Assembly: GCA_963746875.1 (NCBI GenBank)
Contig: CAVVDA010000006.1
Coordinates: 65,111 to 129,110 of the forward strand
Source of the DNA: Thermoanaerobaculia bacterium
GTDB taxonomy: Bacteria; Acidobacteriota; Thermoanaerobaculia; UBA5066
Direction of reading: 5' to 3'
Length of the DNA: 64,000 nucleotides
Shown piece by piece: positions 31,401 through 42,600 of the stretch (positions are counted from its first letter, which is position 1; the number at the start of each line of letters is the position of its first letter). A program made the position numbers and the translations under genes. A model generated the notes under the pieces. It worked only from the letters and a program-made list of their open reading frames with translations, ran no database searches and was not told the DNA's origin.

Positions 31401-32556
31401 TGGTGGCGCGGTTCTGGCTGTACTTGCCGCCGTTGGGGACCCATCCCGGAGCCCATGACCGTCTCGTCCACCGGGAGGACGAGGTCTCCGCCCGACGCCG
31501 GGCGGAAGCAGGTTGTAGAACTTGATGCGGGCGGGCAGGTTGCTGCCGGCCACGATGACAGGCCCCAGGTAATGGGGGAAGTCGAAGGCCGTGACCTGGG
31601 TCGCGGTTCCGGGATAGAGGATCGGGGTGCCGTCGAGATACGTCAGCGGAACCGCGGTGCCGCGCCACGGGACGTTCGTCGGGGTCGTCAACTGCACGTA
31701 GCCCCGCATCCGGGTCGGCGGCAGGTCGGAGTGGAACTTCTCGTAGTACTCCACCAGGCCGATGACGTAAGAGTCGGAGAAGGGGAGGGCTGCCGTGGCG
31801 AAGTTCTCGGCCTTGGCAACCGGGATGTACTGGCCGCTGGTCGAGGCCGGGCCAGGGTCCGAGACGGTTAGGCGTGACGAGGGTGTTCGCGCCGGCTGCC
31901 GTCAGTCCCGGCAGCTTGTCGACGAACTTGCGGATGCCGCCGGTGACGGTCGCGGGATCGAGCGACGCCGTGGCGGCGGCGCCCGTGCCGCAGGCCGGCT
32001 GCGACGGGACACCTGTAACGGATCGATTCGCACCGCAGAGGGTGGGATCGTCCTCGATGAACACGAAGGGAGCCATGTAGCCGGTGCCGCCCAGGCCGCC
32101 GGCGATGGCGGTGATGACACCGGCAGATCAACGGTGAAGCGGAACGAGCCGGCGCCTGATGCCCGCGCCGTAGGCGTCGAGGACGACGCCAAGGGGAGTC
32201 GACGTATCCGCTGCCTCCGGCGTCGAGCGTGACGGCGGCGACGGGTCCCGCGGGGAGCGGGCTGTTGGCCCAGTTAGCGTAGGGACCGAAATAGTGCGGG
32301 GTCCCGCCGGGACCGTCGATGCCCGGGAGGGGCGGGATGGCTGCGCCGGGGGCCCGATGGATGGCCTTGCCCGCGACGCCCGGCTTCAGGCCGAGGGCGC
32401 GCGCGCGCTTCGCCGCTGCCTTCTTCTCCGCGTTCGTGACTTTTCCCTTGAGCACGCCGCCGGCGGCGGGTCTTTGGTCCCCTGCGCGCCTGCCTGACCA
32501 AAGGTCAGGGCGAGCAGTGCCGACAGCACTAGAACCGGGAGCTTCCTACGAATCAT
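28430..32556 (-). pseudogene. large secreted multicopper oxidase with N-terminal extension and two C-terminal FN3 domains; at least 10 frame switches
   Basis: Signal peptide MIRRKLPVLVLSALLALTFGQAGAQG (ATG 32556, preceded by GGAGGAGG). Copper motifs: TIHLHGNNTVWISDG, MFYHDHAMGITRLN, HPIHVHLFNAQLLNR, WHCHILAHEEMDMMH. FN3-like repeats: NWTDNSLNETGFTIQRA ... YFRVFASN, and WTDNST ... YYFRVQSFNAAGPS. Ends TPVTVP, with the stop at 28430. Confidence 0.8.
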
Positions 32557-32720
32557 GATGGTGCCTCCTCCATTGAAAATGCCTGGTTGAGATGCGTTGC
32601 CGGGGATAGGCCCTCCCAGTGAGCCACGAGTTGACGCCGTTGTCGCTGATATCACGGCCAAAGGATGGGTCCGGATCGTACCCGATACAAGAGTGGAAAA
32701 CACGGAACTTATTGCTGCGC

Positions 32721-32778
32721 ATTATGTTAGTAGAGACTACGGAGTCGGCACGCCACGGCTACGTAGAAACTACGGAGT
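32721..32778 (-). promoter_or_regulatory. candidate promoter/operator: two 16-bp direct repeats (33-bp spacing) abutting a -10-like CATAAT
   Basis: GTAGAGACTACGGAGT (32730..32745) and GTAGAAACTACGGAGT (32763..32778) match at 15 of 16 positions. On the minus strand the proximal repeat is followed by TAACATAAT (-10-like at 32726..32721). They sit in a low-GC 225-bp spacer between the TonB receptor stop and the oxidase start. Confidence 0.4.
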
Positions 32779-32782
32779 ACAA

Positions 32783-35109
32783 TCAGAAGCGCCATCCGAC
32801 GTTCGCGAAGAACATCCGTCCGGGCTCGGGGACACGGACCCCGGACCGGTACGGGTCGCGCTGGTAGGAGAGAGCTTCGTAGTAGAAGCGGTCGAAGAGG
32901 TTCGCGACCCCGCCCGTCAGGACGAACCCGCCGACGTTCGCTCCCAGCCTGAGGTTGGCGATGCCCCACCCCGCCGTCGGGGTCTCCTCGAGGTCGGTGT
33001 CCACCCGCGTCTGGGCCGCGGTGAAAACTCCCTCGGCTTCCGCCCAGAGGCGGCCCGTGTCGTACCGGAGTCCGAGGCGCCCGCGCAGCGGGGGCATCTC
33101 GGCGAGGTTCGTCGAGTAGATCCCGAGCGCCGGCTGCGCGTCCTGGCTCCCACGCACGTAGGAAAGATCGCCCGAGAGAAAGATCCGGTCCGTCAGGGTC
33201 GCCACCGCGTTCATCTCGCCGCCGAGCAGCGTCGCGTCCACGTTCGCGTACGAGCGGGCGGACGTGTTCATGACGCCGGGTGCGATGTTGACGCGCGTCT
33301 GGTCGTGAAGCGCGACGAAGTCGGTCACCCGGTTCGCGAAGAGGTTCGACGCCCGCGTAGATGCCGGAGCGGCGGATCGAGAGCGCGACGTCGAGCCCCG
33401 TGTTGCGGCTCGGCGAGAGCGCCGGATTCCCGACCCAGTCGTTCCCGGTGCGCTTCACGGCGTAGTAGAGCTCGCTCGGCTCCGCGACGCGCACCTTGGT
33501 TCCGACCCCGCCCGAGATCTCGGTCCCTTCGGAGGGCTGGAACACGAGCCGGACGGAGCCCGACGGGAAGGACGTCCGCGTACGACGTCGAGCGCGTGTC
33601 GTTGTAGGCGTAGTAGAGATTCGTGTTGGCCTTCGCGGGATCGGCTCCGCCGGACGCCCAGTCGACCCGGGCTCCCGCGACGAAGCTCAGCCTGGCCGGA
33701 GAGCGGGTGCTTCCAGTCCGCGTAGAGGCCGGCGATGTCGGCGGTGGCTCCGGGGAGGCCGTACGAGGACATGTACGACCCCATCATGCTCATCTGGCCG
33801 ATCGTCTCCCAGAAGCGGTGGAACGCCTCGACACCGGCCGTGACCTCGGAGAAGAGGGTCGCCTGCAGCTTTCCGCCGAGGGTCCTGGAATTCGCGAGCG
33901 TCCCCATGCTGTAGCCGAGCGGGGCCGTTCCCGCGGACGTCCGGAACTGGTCGGTCATGAAGTGATCCACCTGCGTGTAGTACCCGAGGAGCTTCACGGC
34001 CGAGACGGCGCTTCCACCGCCCGCGATGTCGTAGGCGAGGCTGAGGCGGTCGGAGCGGTCCCACGGGCTGTCCATCTTCAGGTAGGGATAGAAGACCTGG
34101 TTCGCCTCCTGATGCGTCCACGCGACTTCCGCCGCGTGGCCCGCGAGCGGAGCGACGCGCAGCTTTCCCCACGCCGTTCCGACCTTGAAGGCGGCCGAGT
34201 CCACCTCCGACGGCTTGTAGTTCGTGAGCTCGGTGAAGCGCTTCCCCGAGCCGTCCACGTACGCGTCCGAGGAGCGCCACGAGAACCCCGCGAGCGCCGA
34301 GACCGTCTCGCCGCCGAACGAGACCGACGCCGCCGGGTTGAGGTAGCCCGCGGAGCCCGCCGCGAGGTTCGCCGTGGCATGCCAGCCCGCGTCGGGCTGC
34401 CGCGTCACGATGTTCACGGTTCCGCCGAGGCCGCCCTCGTTCTTCACGTCGAAGGGGCCCTTCCCGACCTCGATCCGGTCGACCTCGGCGAAGTCGAGCG
34501 TGGAACGAGGGCGGGTCCATGTGGCTCGGGCAGGCGCCGTAGATTCGCTGGCCGTCGATCAGGACGTTCAGGTTGTCCGACTGGAAGCCGCGCACGACGA
34601 CCTCGTTCGCGATGCCTCCCTTCCGGAGCTTCCAGACGCCGGGCGTTCCGGCGAGCGCTTCGCCGACGTCGCGCGCGGGGCTCTCGCGGATCTCCGCCGC
34701 CTCCACGCTGTCGCGGGGCGAGTCGCCGACGACCGTGACGGACTCACGGACGGTCGAGACGGCGAGCGCGAGGGTGACTTCCTTCGACTCGCCGGCCGCG
34801 AGGCGGAAGGGGGGAAGCGCCGTCGGCGAAAAGCCGGTCGCCTCCGCGACCAGGACGTACGTGCCGGGCGCGAGGCCTCGCGCGCGAAAGACTCCGCGCT
34901 CGCCGGCGGCCACGCGCAGGGCGCGGGCTCCGTCGGACGGAGTCACGGTGACGACGGATCCGGGCAGGCCGGTGCCGTCCACGGAGACGACCGCTCCGGT
35001 GATGGACGCGGTCGAGGTCTGGGCGAGCGCCGGGAGCGCACACGATGAGAAGAGGAAGAAGGACGAGCGCCGCGACGAGGCCGGGCGCCGAGTTCATTCG
35101 GAATCGCAT
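32783..35109 (-). pseudogene. TonB-dependent outer-membrane receptor, OprC/NosA-like copper type, with CarboxypepD_reg-like N-domain; at least 5 frame switches
   Basis: Signal peptide MRFRMNSAPGLVAALVLLPLLI, then a CarboxypepD_reg-like domain (GSVVTVTPSDG ... GTYVLVAEATGF). Plug domain: GIANEVVVRGFQSDNLNVLIDGQRIYGACPSHMDPP. Barrel fragments in ORFs 33455..34447 and 32783..33328, ending FANVGWRF. CPSHM is at 34518..34532 and HFM at 33956..33964. Confidence 0.8.
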
Positions 35110-35213
35110 CGAAAAACCCTCCATGAGATCGATGTGGAAGACGAGACTGCGGCCGCGGATCGGATTGCCGGGATTTGCATCCTCGGCGGCGAGTCCGCGG
35201 GCGAAGAGGCTCG

Positions 35214-35584
35214 TCAGATCTCGGGCGGAGGGGTCTCGGGCGGAAGCCGGCTGGAAAGGGCGCGATCGGGCGCGATCGGGCCCCCGATACGGGACCGGGC
35301 CGGCGCGGGAAGCGTCGGCGTCCCGGCGGGAAGCGGCGCTGCTATTCCCGTCGCCGGCGCGGAGCCGGGCGGCAGGGGAGCGTTCACGGAGTCATTGCAT
35401 CCGCAGCCGCGAGTCGGAAGGGCACTGGCATTCCGCCCCGGCGCACGGGGCAGCACACGCAGAGCATTCGCCCGCCACAGGAGCTGCCGGCCGGGAAGGC
35501 ACCCGTGATGACGGAGGCGAGGAAAACAAAAGCCGCCGCGAGCACCGTCGCGTGTGTTCCGGAGGGGCGTCTCGGACCGACCAT
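35214..35584 (-). pseudogene. candidate small secreted/anchored Cys-rich, Pro-rich protein (frame uncertain)
   Basis: ATG 35584: MVGPRRPSGTHATVLAAAFVFLASVITGAFPAGSSC. The next ~100 nt encode Cys clusters in all three frames (CGGRMLCVCCP / GECSACAAPCAGAECQCP / GCGCND). A GC3-rich Pro-rich frame (NAPLPPGSAPATGIAAPLPAGTPTLPAP ... PPETPPPEI) then runs to the stop at 35214, about 100 nt upstream of the receptor start. Confidence 0.3.
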
Positions 35585-35801
35585 GGCTCTCGGAGAAATA
35601 TCGGGCCGTCCAGTGCTCAAGAAAAGCGTGGAAAATACGGGCTGTCTCCGCGCTTTACACGGACCCGGAAACTGTTCAGAGACCGTATGTTCTGCGGTTG
35701 ATTATCCCCTCTTCGACAATCCAAATTGACCCCTTAAGAGAGTTGCCACGTGTTGGCGAATTACTGGGGCGGTGAATTCACCTGCCCGGAGGAGGCTTGA
35801 A

Positions 35802-38103
35802 ATGCTGAATCGACGTGACCTGATCAAGACCGGCCTTGGAGCAGGCGCTGGCCTTGCCCTCGGGAGGTGGGGCAAGTGGGGAAGCGCTAACGCCGCGTTC
35901 TTCAACCAGAGCCCCAACATTCCGCTCTTCAAGACCGCGCTCCGCGGCGTGGGCCCGGGGGGAATTCCGGTGGCGGTCCCGGGCTTCCTCGGGGGCTTCA
36001 CGAAGGCGCCCGTGACCGGCGTGTCGCATTACGAGATCGGCATCATCCAGTTCCAGGATCAGATCTGCCCTCCCGAAAGCGGTCTCGGCCCGACGAAGCT
36101 CTGGGGCTACGCCCCGGCAAAAGGGCTGGGCGGGTACATCAAGCCGACGCACCTGAGCGGCCTGATCGTCGGGAAGGGTCGCTCGCCTGGCGTCCCAGGA
36201 CAGCGGCGCAGCCGATCCAGATCAGCTTCCAGAACCTGCTCTTCGTCAACAAGCACATCCTGCCCGTCGACACGGACCATCCCGGGCGCGGAGCAGGCGA
36301 TCAACCGGACGGCCGTCCACCTGCACGGCGGCCTCGTCCCCTGGATCAGCGACGGCGGCCCCTTCGACTGGTTCGACCCGTACGGGCGTCACGGCGCGAG
36401 CTTCCTGAACAACAAGGTCCTGAATCCGCTCGCCCTTCCCGGCTCCGCCGAGTACTACTACCCGCTGAACCAGAGCGCCCGGTTCATGTGGTACCACGAC
36501 CACGCCGTCGGCATCACGCGGCTGAACGCCTATGCCGGAATCGCCTCCGGCATGCTGATCCGGGACACCTTCGAGGCGGGCCTGATCAACAAGGGCCTGC
36601 CCAACTACGTCGAGGCCGGCGGCAACGAGATCCCGCTCGTCATTCAGGACAAGATCTTCGTCGGCACGAGCCACATTCACAACTCCGACCCGACCTGGCC
36701 GGGCCCGACGGCGCCCGGCAGCCTCTGGTACGCGCACGTCTACGATCCGGACGCGGTGGGAGCTGTCGCCCGGAGGCCTGACGCCTTCCGGATCCGTCCT
36801 GCATCCCCGAGTTCTTCGGCGACACGATGCTGGTCAACGGCACCGTCTTCCCGCAGGCCACCGTCCAGGCGCGCCGCTACCGCCTGCGGCTTCCTCAACG
36901 CCTGCAACGCCCGGTTCCTGAACCTGCAGCTCTACGTGGCCGACGGCAGCCCGAACGGGATCACGCTGGATCCCCACACGGCAATCCGACGAACGACGCC
37001 TTTCGTCAACGCCGCCACGGGCGACTCGTCCTTCCTCCAGATCGGCACCGAGGGGGGCTTCCTCGCGCACCCGGTGAAGGTCCCGTGCAACCAGCCGCTG
37101 ATCGTGCCTCTCGACAGCCCGATCGGAATCCGGTCAGCCGACCCGTCGAAGGTCAGCAAGTCGCTCCTCGTGGCGCCGGCGGAGCGGCCCGACGTCATCG
37201 TCGACTTCAGCACGTTATGCCGGGCAGAGCATCATCCTCTACAACGACGCGCCCGCCCCGTTCCCGGGTGGAGACGACCGGTGACGACTACTTCCCGGGC
37301 CTTGCGAACGACGGCGGCAACCCGGTCAACGGCTCACGACGCGGACGGCTTCGGCCCCAACACCCGGGTCCTCATGCGGTTCAACGTGGTCGCGGCGTCA
37401 GGCGCCGCCGACTGACCTGCGCATCGACACCGCCCGACGGACCTGTCAAGCCGGCATCGATCCGTTCCTGGTCCCCTGGGGCATGACGACGCAGCTGCCT
37501 CACTCCGGGGTCACCGCGCGCTTCCTGAGCCTGAACGAGTACTTCGACGAGTACGGACGGCTCATCCAGATCCTCGGCAATGCCGCAGCGCCGTTCGGCT
37601 CGCCCTATGAAGGAACGCGCCACGTACCTCGGCTATCCGCCGTACGGCAACCCGACGTGGGGGCTACCGAGGAGTCGGTCCACTACGGCGACACGGAAGT
37701 GTGGGAGATCTACAACACCACCGGCGACGTCCACCCGATGCACTTCCACCTCGTGAACGTCCAGGTCATCAACCGGCAGTTGTTCGACGTGACGGCGCAT
37801 TCTCCGACTTCGCTTCACGCGGACCCGTCATCCCGCCCGAGCCGAACGAGCTGGGGTGGAAGGAGACGGTGCCGATGTATCCGGGCACGGTCACCCGGGT
37901 CATCATGAAGTTCGACCTGCCGCTCGATCGTCGACAGCAAGGGGAAGACCGTCAACACGAAGGAGATCCGCGGCTTCCAGCTGCCCATCACGAACGGGCA
38001 GCCGCCCGTCAGCCCGCGGACCGGCGGCGACGAGTACGTCTGGCACTGCCACATCCTGGAGCACGAAGAGCACGACATGATGCACGCGCTCGTCGTCAAA
38101 TAA
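35802..38103 (+). pseudogene. Tat-exported three-domain multicopper oxidase (CotA/bilirubin-oxidase-like); at least 6 frame switches
   Basis: GGAGGAGG precedes ATG 35802. Twin-arginine signal MLNRRDLIKTGLGAGAGLALG. Copper motifs: TAVHLHGGLVPWISDG, FMWYHDHAVGITRLN, HPMHFHLVNVQVINR, YVWHCHILEHEEHDMMHALVVK, then the stop at 38101..38103. Confidence 0.85.
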
Positions 38104-38247
38104 CGGAATCCGGAATCAAGAGATCCGGTGAGACTCCGATTGGCCCCGGCGCTTCGGCGCCGGGGCCATTCTTCTTCTCGGTGCCTGAGCAGCCTGCTTC
38201 ATGGCGTTCGAGCAGCGGTTTTCCGGCATAAGGTGAGGAGGCGGAAT

Positions 38248-39690
38248 ATGAAGCGGCCTGTCGTCATCACTGCCGTCCTCGCGAGCGCCCTCTTTCTCTT
38301 CCTCGCGGGAGTCTGGGCCGGCCACCGCTCGCCGGGCGGGGCCGCCGCAGCCGCGAGCGGGAAGAAAGTCCTCTACTGGGTGGACCCGATGCACCCGGCG
38401 TACAAGGCCGACAAGCCCGGCATCGCCCCCGACTGCGGCATGCAGCTCGAGCCCGTCTACGCGGACGGGAGCACGGGGGACGGCAAGGCCCTTCCGGCCG
38501 GCGCCGCGAAGGTGACGTCCGAGCGCCGGCAGATGATCGGGGTGAAGGTCGGGACGGCCGTCGAGGCCGGCGGGACGCAGAGCATCCGGACGCTCGGGCG
38601 CGTGGCCGCGGACGAGACGCGGGTCTACCGCGTGACCGCGGCGGGCGACGGCTGGATCCGCGAGGTCCTGCCCGTGACGGCCGGCAGCCTCGTGAAGAAG
38701 GACCAGATCCTGGCGTCCTTCTACGCCCGCGAGTTCCTCGCGGCCCAGCAGAGCTACCTCTACGCGCTGCGCGCGCTCAACCGCTTCGAGGCCGACAAGA
38801 CGGAGACGCCCGACCAGATCAGGCAGACGAACGCCAACATCCAGTCGGCGAAGGAGAGCCTCGAGAACCTCGGCATGAGCGAGCGGCAGGTCGAGGAGAT
38901 CGCGAAGAGCCGCGAGCTGGCCAAGAAGATCTACATCGTCGCCCCGGCCGACGGGTTCGTTCTGGCGCGAAACATCAACATCGGGCAGCGGTTCGAGAAG
39001 GGGTTCGAGCTCTACCGCCTCGCCGACCTGTCGCGCGTCTGGATCCTCGCCGACCTCTTCGAGCGGGAAGGGCAGGACATCAGGCCCGGACAGGTCGCGA
39101 AGGTGACGCTTCCCTACCAGGGGAAGACCTTCGCCGCGAAGGTCAGCGACATCCCTCCGCAGTTCGACCCGGCCACGCGGACGCTGAAGGTGCGCCTCGA
39201 GACGGACAACCCGGGTTTCGCCCTGCGCCCCGAGATGTTCGTCGACGTGGAGTTCGCCGTCGCTTATCCGCCCACGCTGACCGTTCCGATGGATGCCGTC
39301 CTCGACTCGGGGCTTCGGCAGACCGTCTACGTCGAGACGGAGGCGGGCGTCTTCGAGCCGCGGAGGGTCGAGACCGGCCGGAGCTTCGGCGACAACGTGG
39401 AGATCGTGAAGGGGCTCATGCCGGGGGAGAAGATCGTCCTCTCCGGCAACTTCCTCATCGACTCCGAGAGCCGGATGAAGGCGGCCGTGGCGGGCGTGCG
39501 CGGCGACTCGTCGAAGGACCCGGTCTGCGGAATGGACGTGGACGAGACGAAGGCCCGCGCCGCGGGAAAGACGAGCCAGCACGGCGGCGTCTCGTACTTC
39601 TTCTGCTCGGAGGCGTGCAAGAAGGAGTTCGACGCGAATCCCGCGAAGCACGCGGGCGCCCTGAAGGACGGCGGACCGGGACATGGTTGA
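38248..39690 (+). CDS. cusB: RND efflux periplasmic adaptor, CusB-like, with C-terminal YHS-type metal-binding domain
   Basis: GGAGG precedes ATG 38248; TM anchor present. N-terminal metal-binding motif [28 protein letters not shown], HlyD-type body, and C-terminal [45 protein letters not shown]. The ORF is intact. Confidence 0.85.
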   Translation: MKRPVVITAVLASALFLFLAGVWAGHRSPGGAAAAASGKKVLYWVDPMHPAYKADKPGIAPDCGMQLEPVYADGSTGDGKALPAGAAKVTSERRQMIGVKVGTAVEAGGTQSIRTLGRVAADETRVYRVTAAGDGWIREVLPVTAGSLVKKDQILASFYAREFLAAQQSYLYALRALNRFEADKTETPDQIRQTNANIQSAKESLENLGMSERQVEEIAKSRELAKKIYIVAPADGFVLARNINIGQRFEKGFELYRLADLSRVWILADLFEREGQDIRPGQVAKVTLPYQGKTFAAKVSDIPPQFDPATRTLKVRLETDNPGFALRPEMFVDVEFAVAYPPTLTVPMDAVLDSGLRQTVYVETEAGVFEPRRVETGRSFGDNVEIVKGLMPGEKIVLSGNFLIDSESRMKAAVAGVRGDSSKDPVCGMDVDETKARAAGKTSQHGGVSYFFCSEACKKEFDANPAKHAGALKDGGPGHG

Positions 39691-42600
39691 GAAGGTCATC
39701 GACTTCTCGGTCAAGAACAAGCTCGTCGTCTTCATCCTCGTCGCCGCCGCGTCGATCTGGGGTGCCTGGTCGCTGAAGCAGGTGCCGCTCGACGCGATTC
39801 CCGACCTCTCCGACACGCAGGTCATCATCTACTCGAAGTGGGACCGGAGCCCGGACCTCGTCGAGGACCAGGTCACGTACCCCATCGTGACGGCGCTGCT
39901 CGGCGCGCCGAAGGTGAAGACGGTGCGGGGCTTCTCGGATTTCGGCTACTCGTACGTCTACGTCATCTTCGAGGACGGGACCGACATCTACTGGGCCCGG
40001 TCGCGGACGCTGGAGTATCTCTCCGGCGTCCTGCCGGGGCTCCCCGCCGGAGTGAAGACCGAGCTCGGTCCCGACGCCACCGGCCTCGGCTGGATCTTCC
40101 AGTACGTGCTCGTCGACACCTCGGGAAAGCACAGCCTCGCGGATCTGCGCTCCTACCAGGACTGGACTCTGCGCTACCACCTCCGGTCGGTGCCCGGGCG
40201 TGGCCGAGGTGGCGCCCATCGGCGGCTTCGGCCTGCAGTACCAGGTGAACGTCGACCCGAACCGGCTGCAGGCCTACGGCATCCCGATCGGCCGCGTCGT
40301 GGAGGCGGTGCGCGGCGGCAACTCGGAGACGGGAGGCCGCCTCATCGAGTTCGGCGGCACCGAGTACATGGTGCGCGGGCGCGGGCTACGCGAAGTCGCT
40401 CCAGGACTTCGAGAACATCGTCCTCTCCGCGTCGGAGACGGGGACGCCCATCCGGATCCGGGACGTCGGGCAGGTCACGATCGGGCCGGACCTTCGGCGG
40501 GGGGTCACGGATCTCGACGGCGAGGGCGAGGCCGTCTCCGGCATCGTCGTCATGCGGCAAGGGCAGAACGCCCTCGAGGTGATCGACCGCGTGAAGGCGA
40601 AGATCAAGGAGATCGAGCCGGGGCTTCCCGAGGGGACCAGGATCGTCCCGATCTACGACCGCTCGGAGCTGATCCACCGGTCGATCGACAACCTCCGGAC
40701 GACGCTGATCGAGGTGATCGTCACCGTCGTGCTCGTGATCCTCCTCTTCCTCTGGCACATCCCGAGCGCCCTCATTCCCGTGATCACCATTCCCGTCGCG
40801 GTCCTCATCTCGTTCATCCCCTTCCGCGCGATGGGGCTCACGGCGAACATCATGTCCCTCGGCGGCATCGCCATCGCGATCGGCGCCCTGGTGGACGCCG
40901 CGATCGTCGTGGTCGAGCAGACGCACAAGAAGCTGGAGGAGTGGGAGAAGAACGGCCGCCCCGGCAGCTATCAGGACGTCGTCGTGTCGGCGGTGAAGCA
41001 GGTCGCCGGCCCGAGCTTCTTCGCGCTTCTCGTCATCGCGGTCTCGTTCCTGCCGGTGCTGACGCTCGAGGCGCAGGAGGGGCGCCTCTTCAAGCCGCTC
41101 GCCTACACGAAGAACCTCTCGATGATCGTGGCGGCGGTCCTCGCCATCACCCTCGACCCGGCCCTCCGCCTCCTCCTGACGCACGTGAGAACCTTCGGCT
41201 TCCGCCCCGTGTGGCTCTGCAGGCTGGCGAACGCCGCGCTGGTGGGCAAGATCCACTCCGAGGAGAAACACCCGGTCAGCCGGTTCCTCATCCGGCTCTA
41301 CGAGCCCGTCGTGAAATGGTCGCTCCGGTGGAAGTGGGCGGTCATCGGCGGCGCGGTCTTTCTCCTCGTCGCCACGGTGCCGGTCTTCCGGCGGCTCGGC
41401 TCGGAGTTCATGCCGCCGCTCGACGAGGGGACGCTGTTCTACATGCCCTCGACGATGCCGGGCATCTCGATCACCGAAGCGCAGAAGCTGCTGCAGGTCA
41501 CCGACCGCGTCATCAAGCAGTTCCCCGAGGTGGACCGCGTCCTCGGGAAGGCGGGCCGCGCGGAGACCTCGACCGACCCGGCTCCGCTCTCGATGCTCGA
41601 GACGGTCATCACCCTGAAGCCCGCGTCGGAGTGGCGAACGGTGCCGACGTGGTACTCCGGATGGGCGCCGGAGTGGCTGAAGGGAATCCTGCGGCGCGCC
41701 TGGCCGGACCGGATCTCCAAGGAAGAGCTCGTCGACCAGCTCAACGAGGCGCTCAAGATCCCCGGCGTTTCGAACGCCTGGACGATGCCGATCCGGGCCC
41801 GGATCGACATGCTGACCACCGGGATCAGGACGCCGGTGGGGCTGAAGATCTCCGGGGCCGACCTGAAGGTGATCGAGGAGATCGGCGCCCAGGTCGAGGC
41901 GATCCTTCCCTCCGTGCCGGGGACGCGCAGCGTCTTCGCGGAACGGACGGGAGGCGGCTTCTTCCTCGATTTCGAGTGGAATCGCGACGAGCTGGCGCGC
42001 TACGGGCTGAGCGTCGAGGAGGCGCAGCAGCTCGTCCAGAACGCCATCGGGGGCGAGAACGTCACGACGACCATCGAGGGGCGGGCGCGGTACCCGGTCA
42101 ACGTGCGCTACATGCGCGATTTCCGGGCCGACCGGAACGCCCTCGAGCGCGTGCTGGTGCCGGTCGCGGGCGGGCAGAAGCACATTCCGCTCGGGCAGCT
42201 CGCGACCATGCGCGCGGCGAGCGGCCCCTCGATGATCCGGAACGAGAACGGGCTCCTGACCGGCTACGTCTACGTCGACCTTTCCGGGCGCGATCCCGCC
42301 GGCTACGTGGACGAGGCGGCGCAGCTTCTCCGCGAGAAGGTGAAGCTGCCGGCCGGCTACGCCCTCTCCTGGAGCGGCCAGTGGGAGGCCATGCAGCGCG
42401 TGCGCGAGCGGCTGGCGGTCCTCGTCCCCGTGACGCTCTTCCTCGTCTTTCTCCTCCTCTACATGAACACCCGCTCCGTCGTGAAGACGGGCATCGTCCT
42501 CCTCGCGGTTCCCTTCTCGGCGATCGGCGCCGTCTGGTTCCTCTGGCTGCTCGGCTACAACATGAGCGTCGGCGTCTGGGTCGGGCTCATCGCGCTGCTC

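Noticed and set aside
32647-32654. The TGATATCA palindrome shares half-sites with the candidate SahR operator at 52293..52319.
   Set aside because: It is only 8 bp, sits in an AT-enriched spacer, and has the half-sites in the opposite arrangement. This is most likely coincidence.
35696-35712. TTGATTATCCCC resembles a DnaA box (TTATCCACA).
   Set aside because: It is a single imperfect copy with no cluster and no adjacent AT-rich unwinding element, and it lies in the oxidase promoter region.
35045-35729. Plus-strand ORFs 35045..35701 and 35175..35729 in the receptor/oxidase intergenic region.
   Set aside because: They are extremely Arg/Gly-rich with no hydrophobic core or motifs. They look like the antisense shadow of the minus-strand Cys/Pro-rich candidate.
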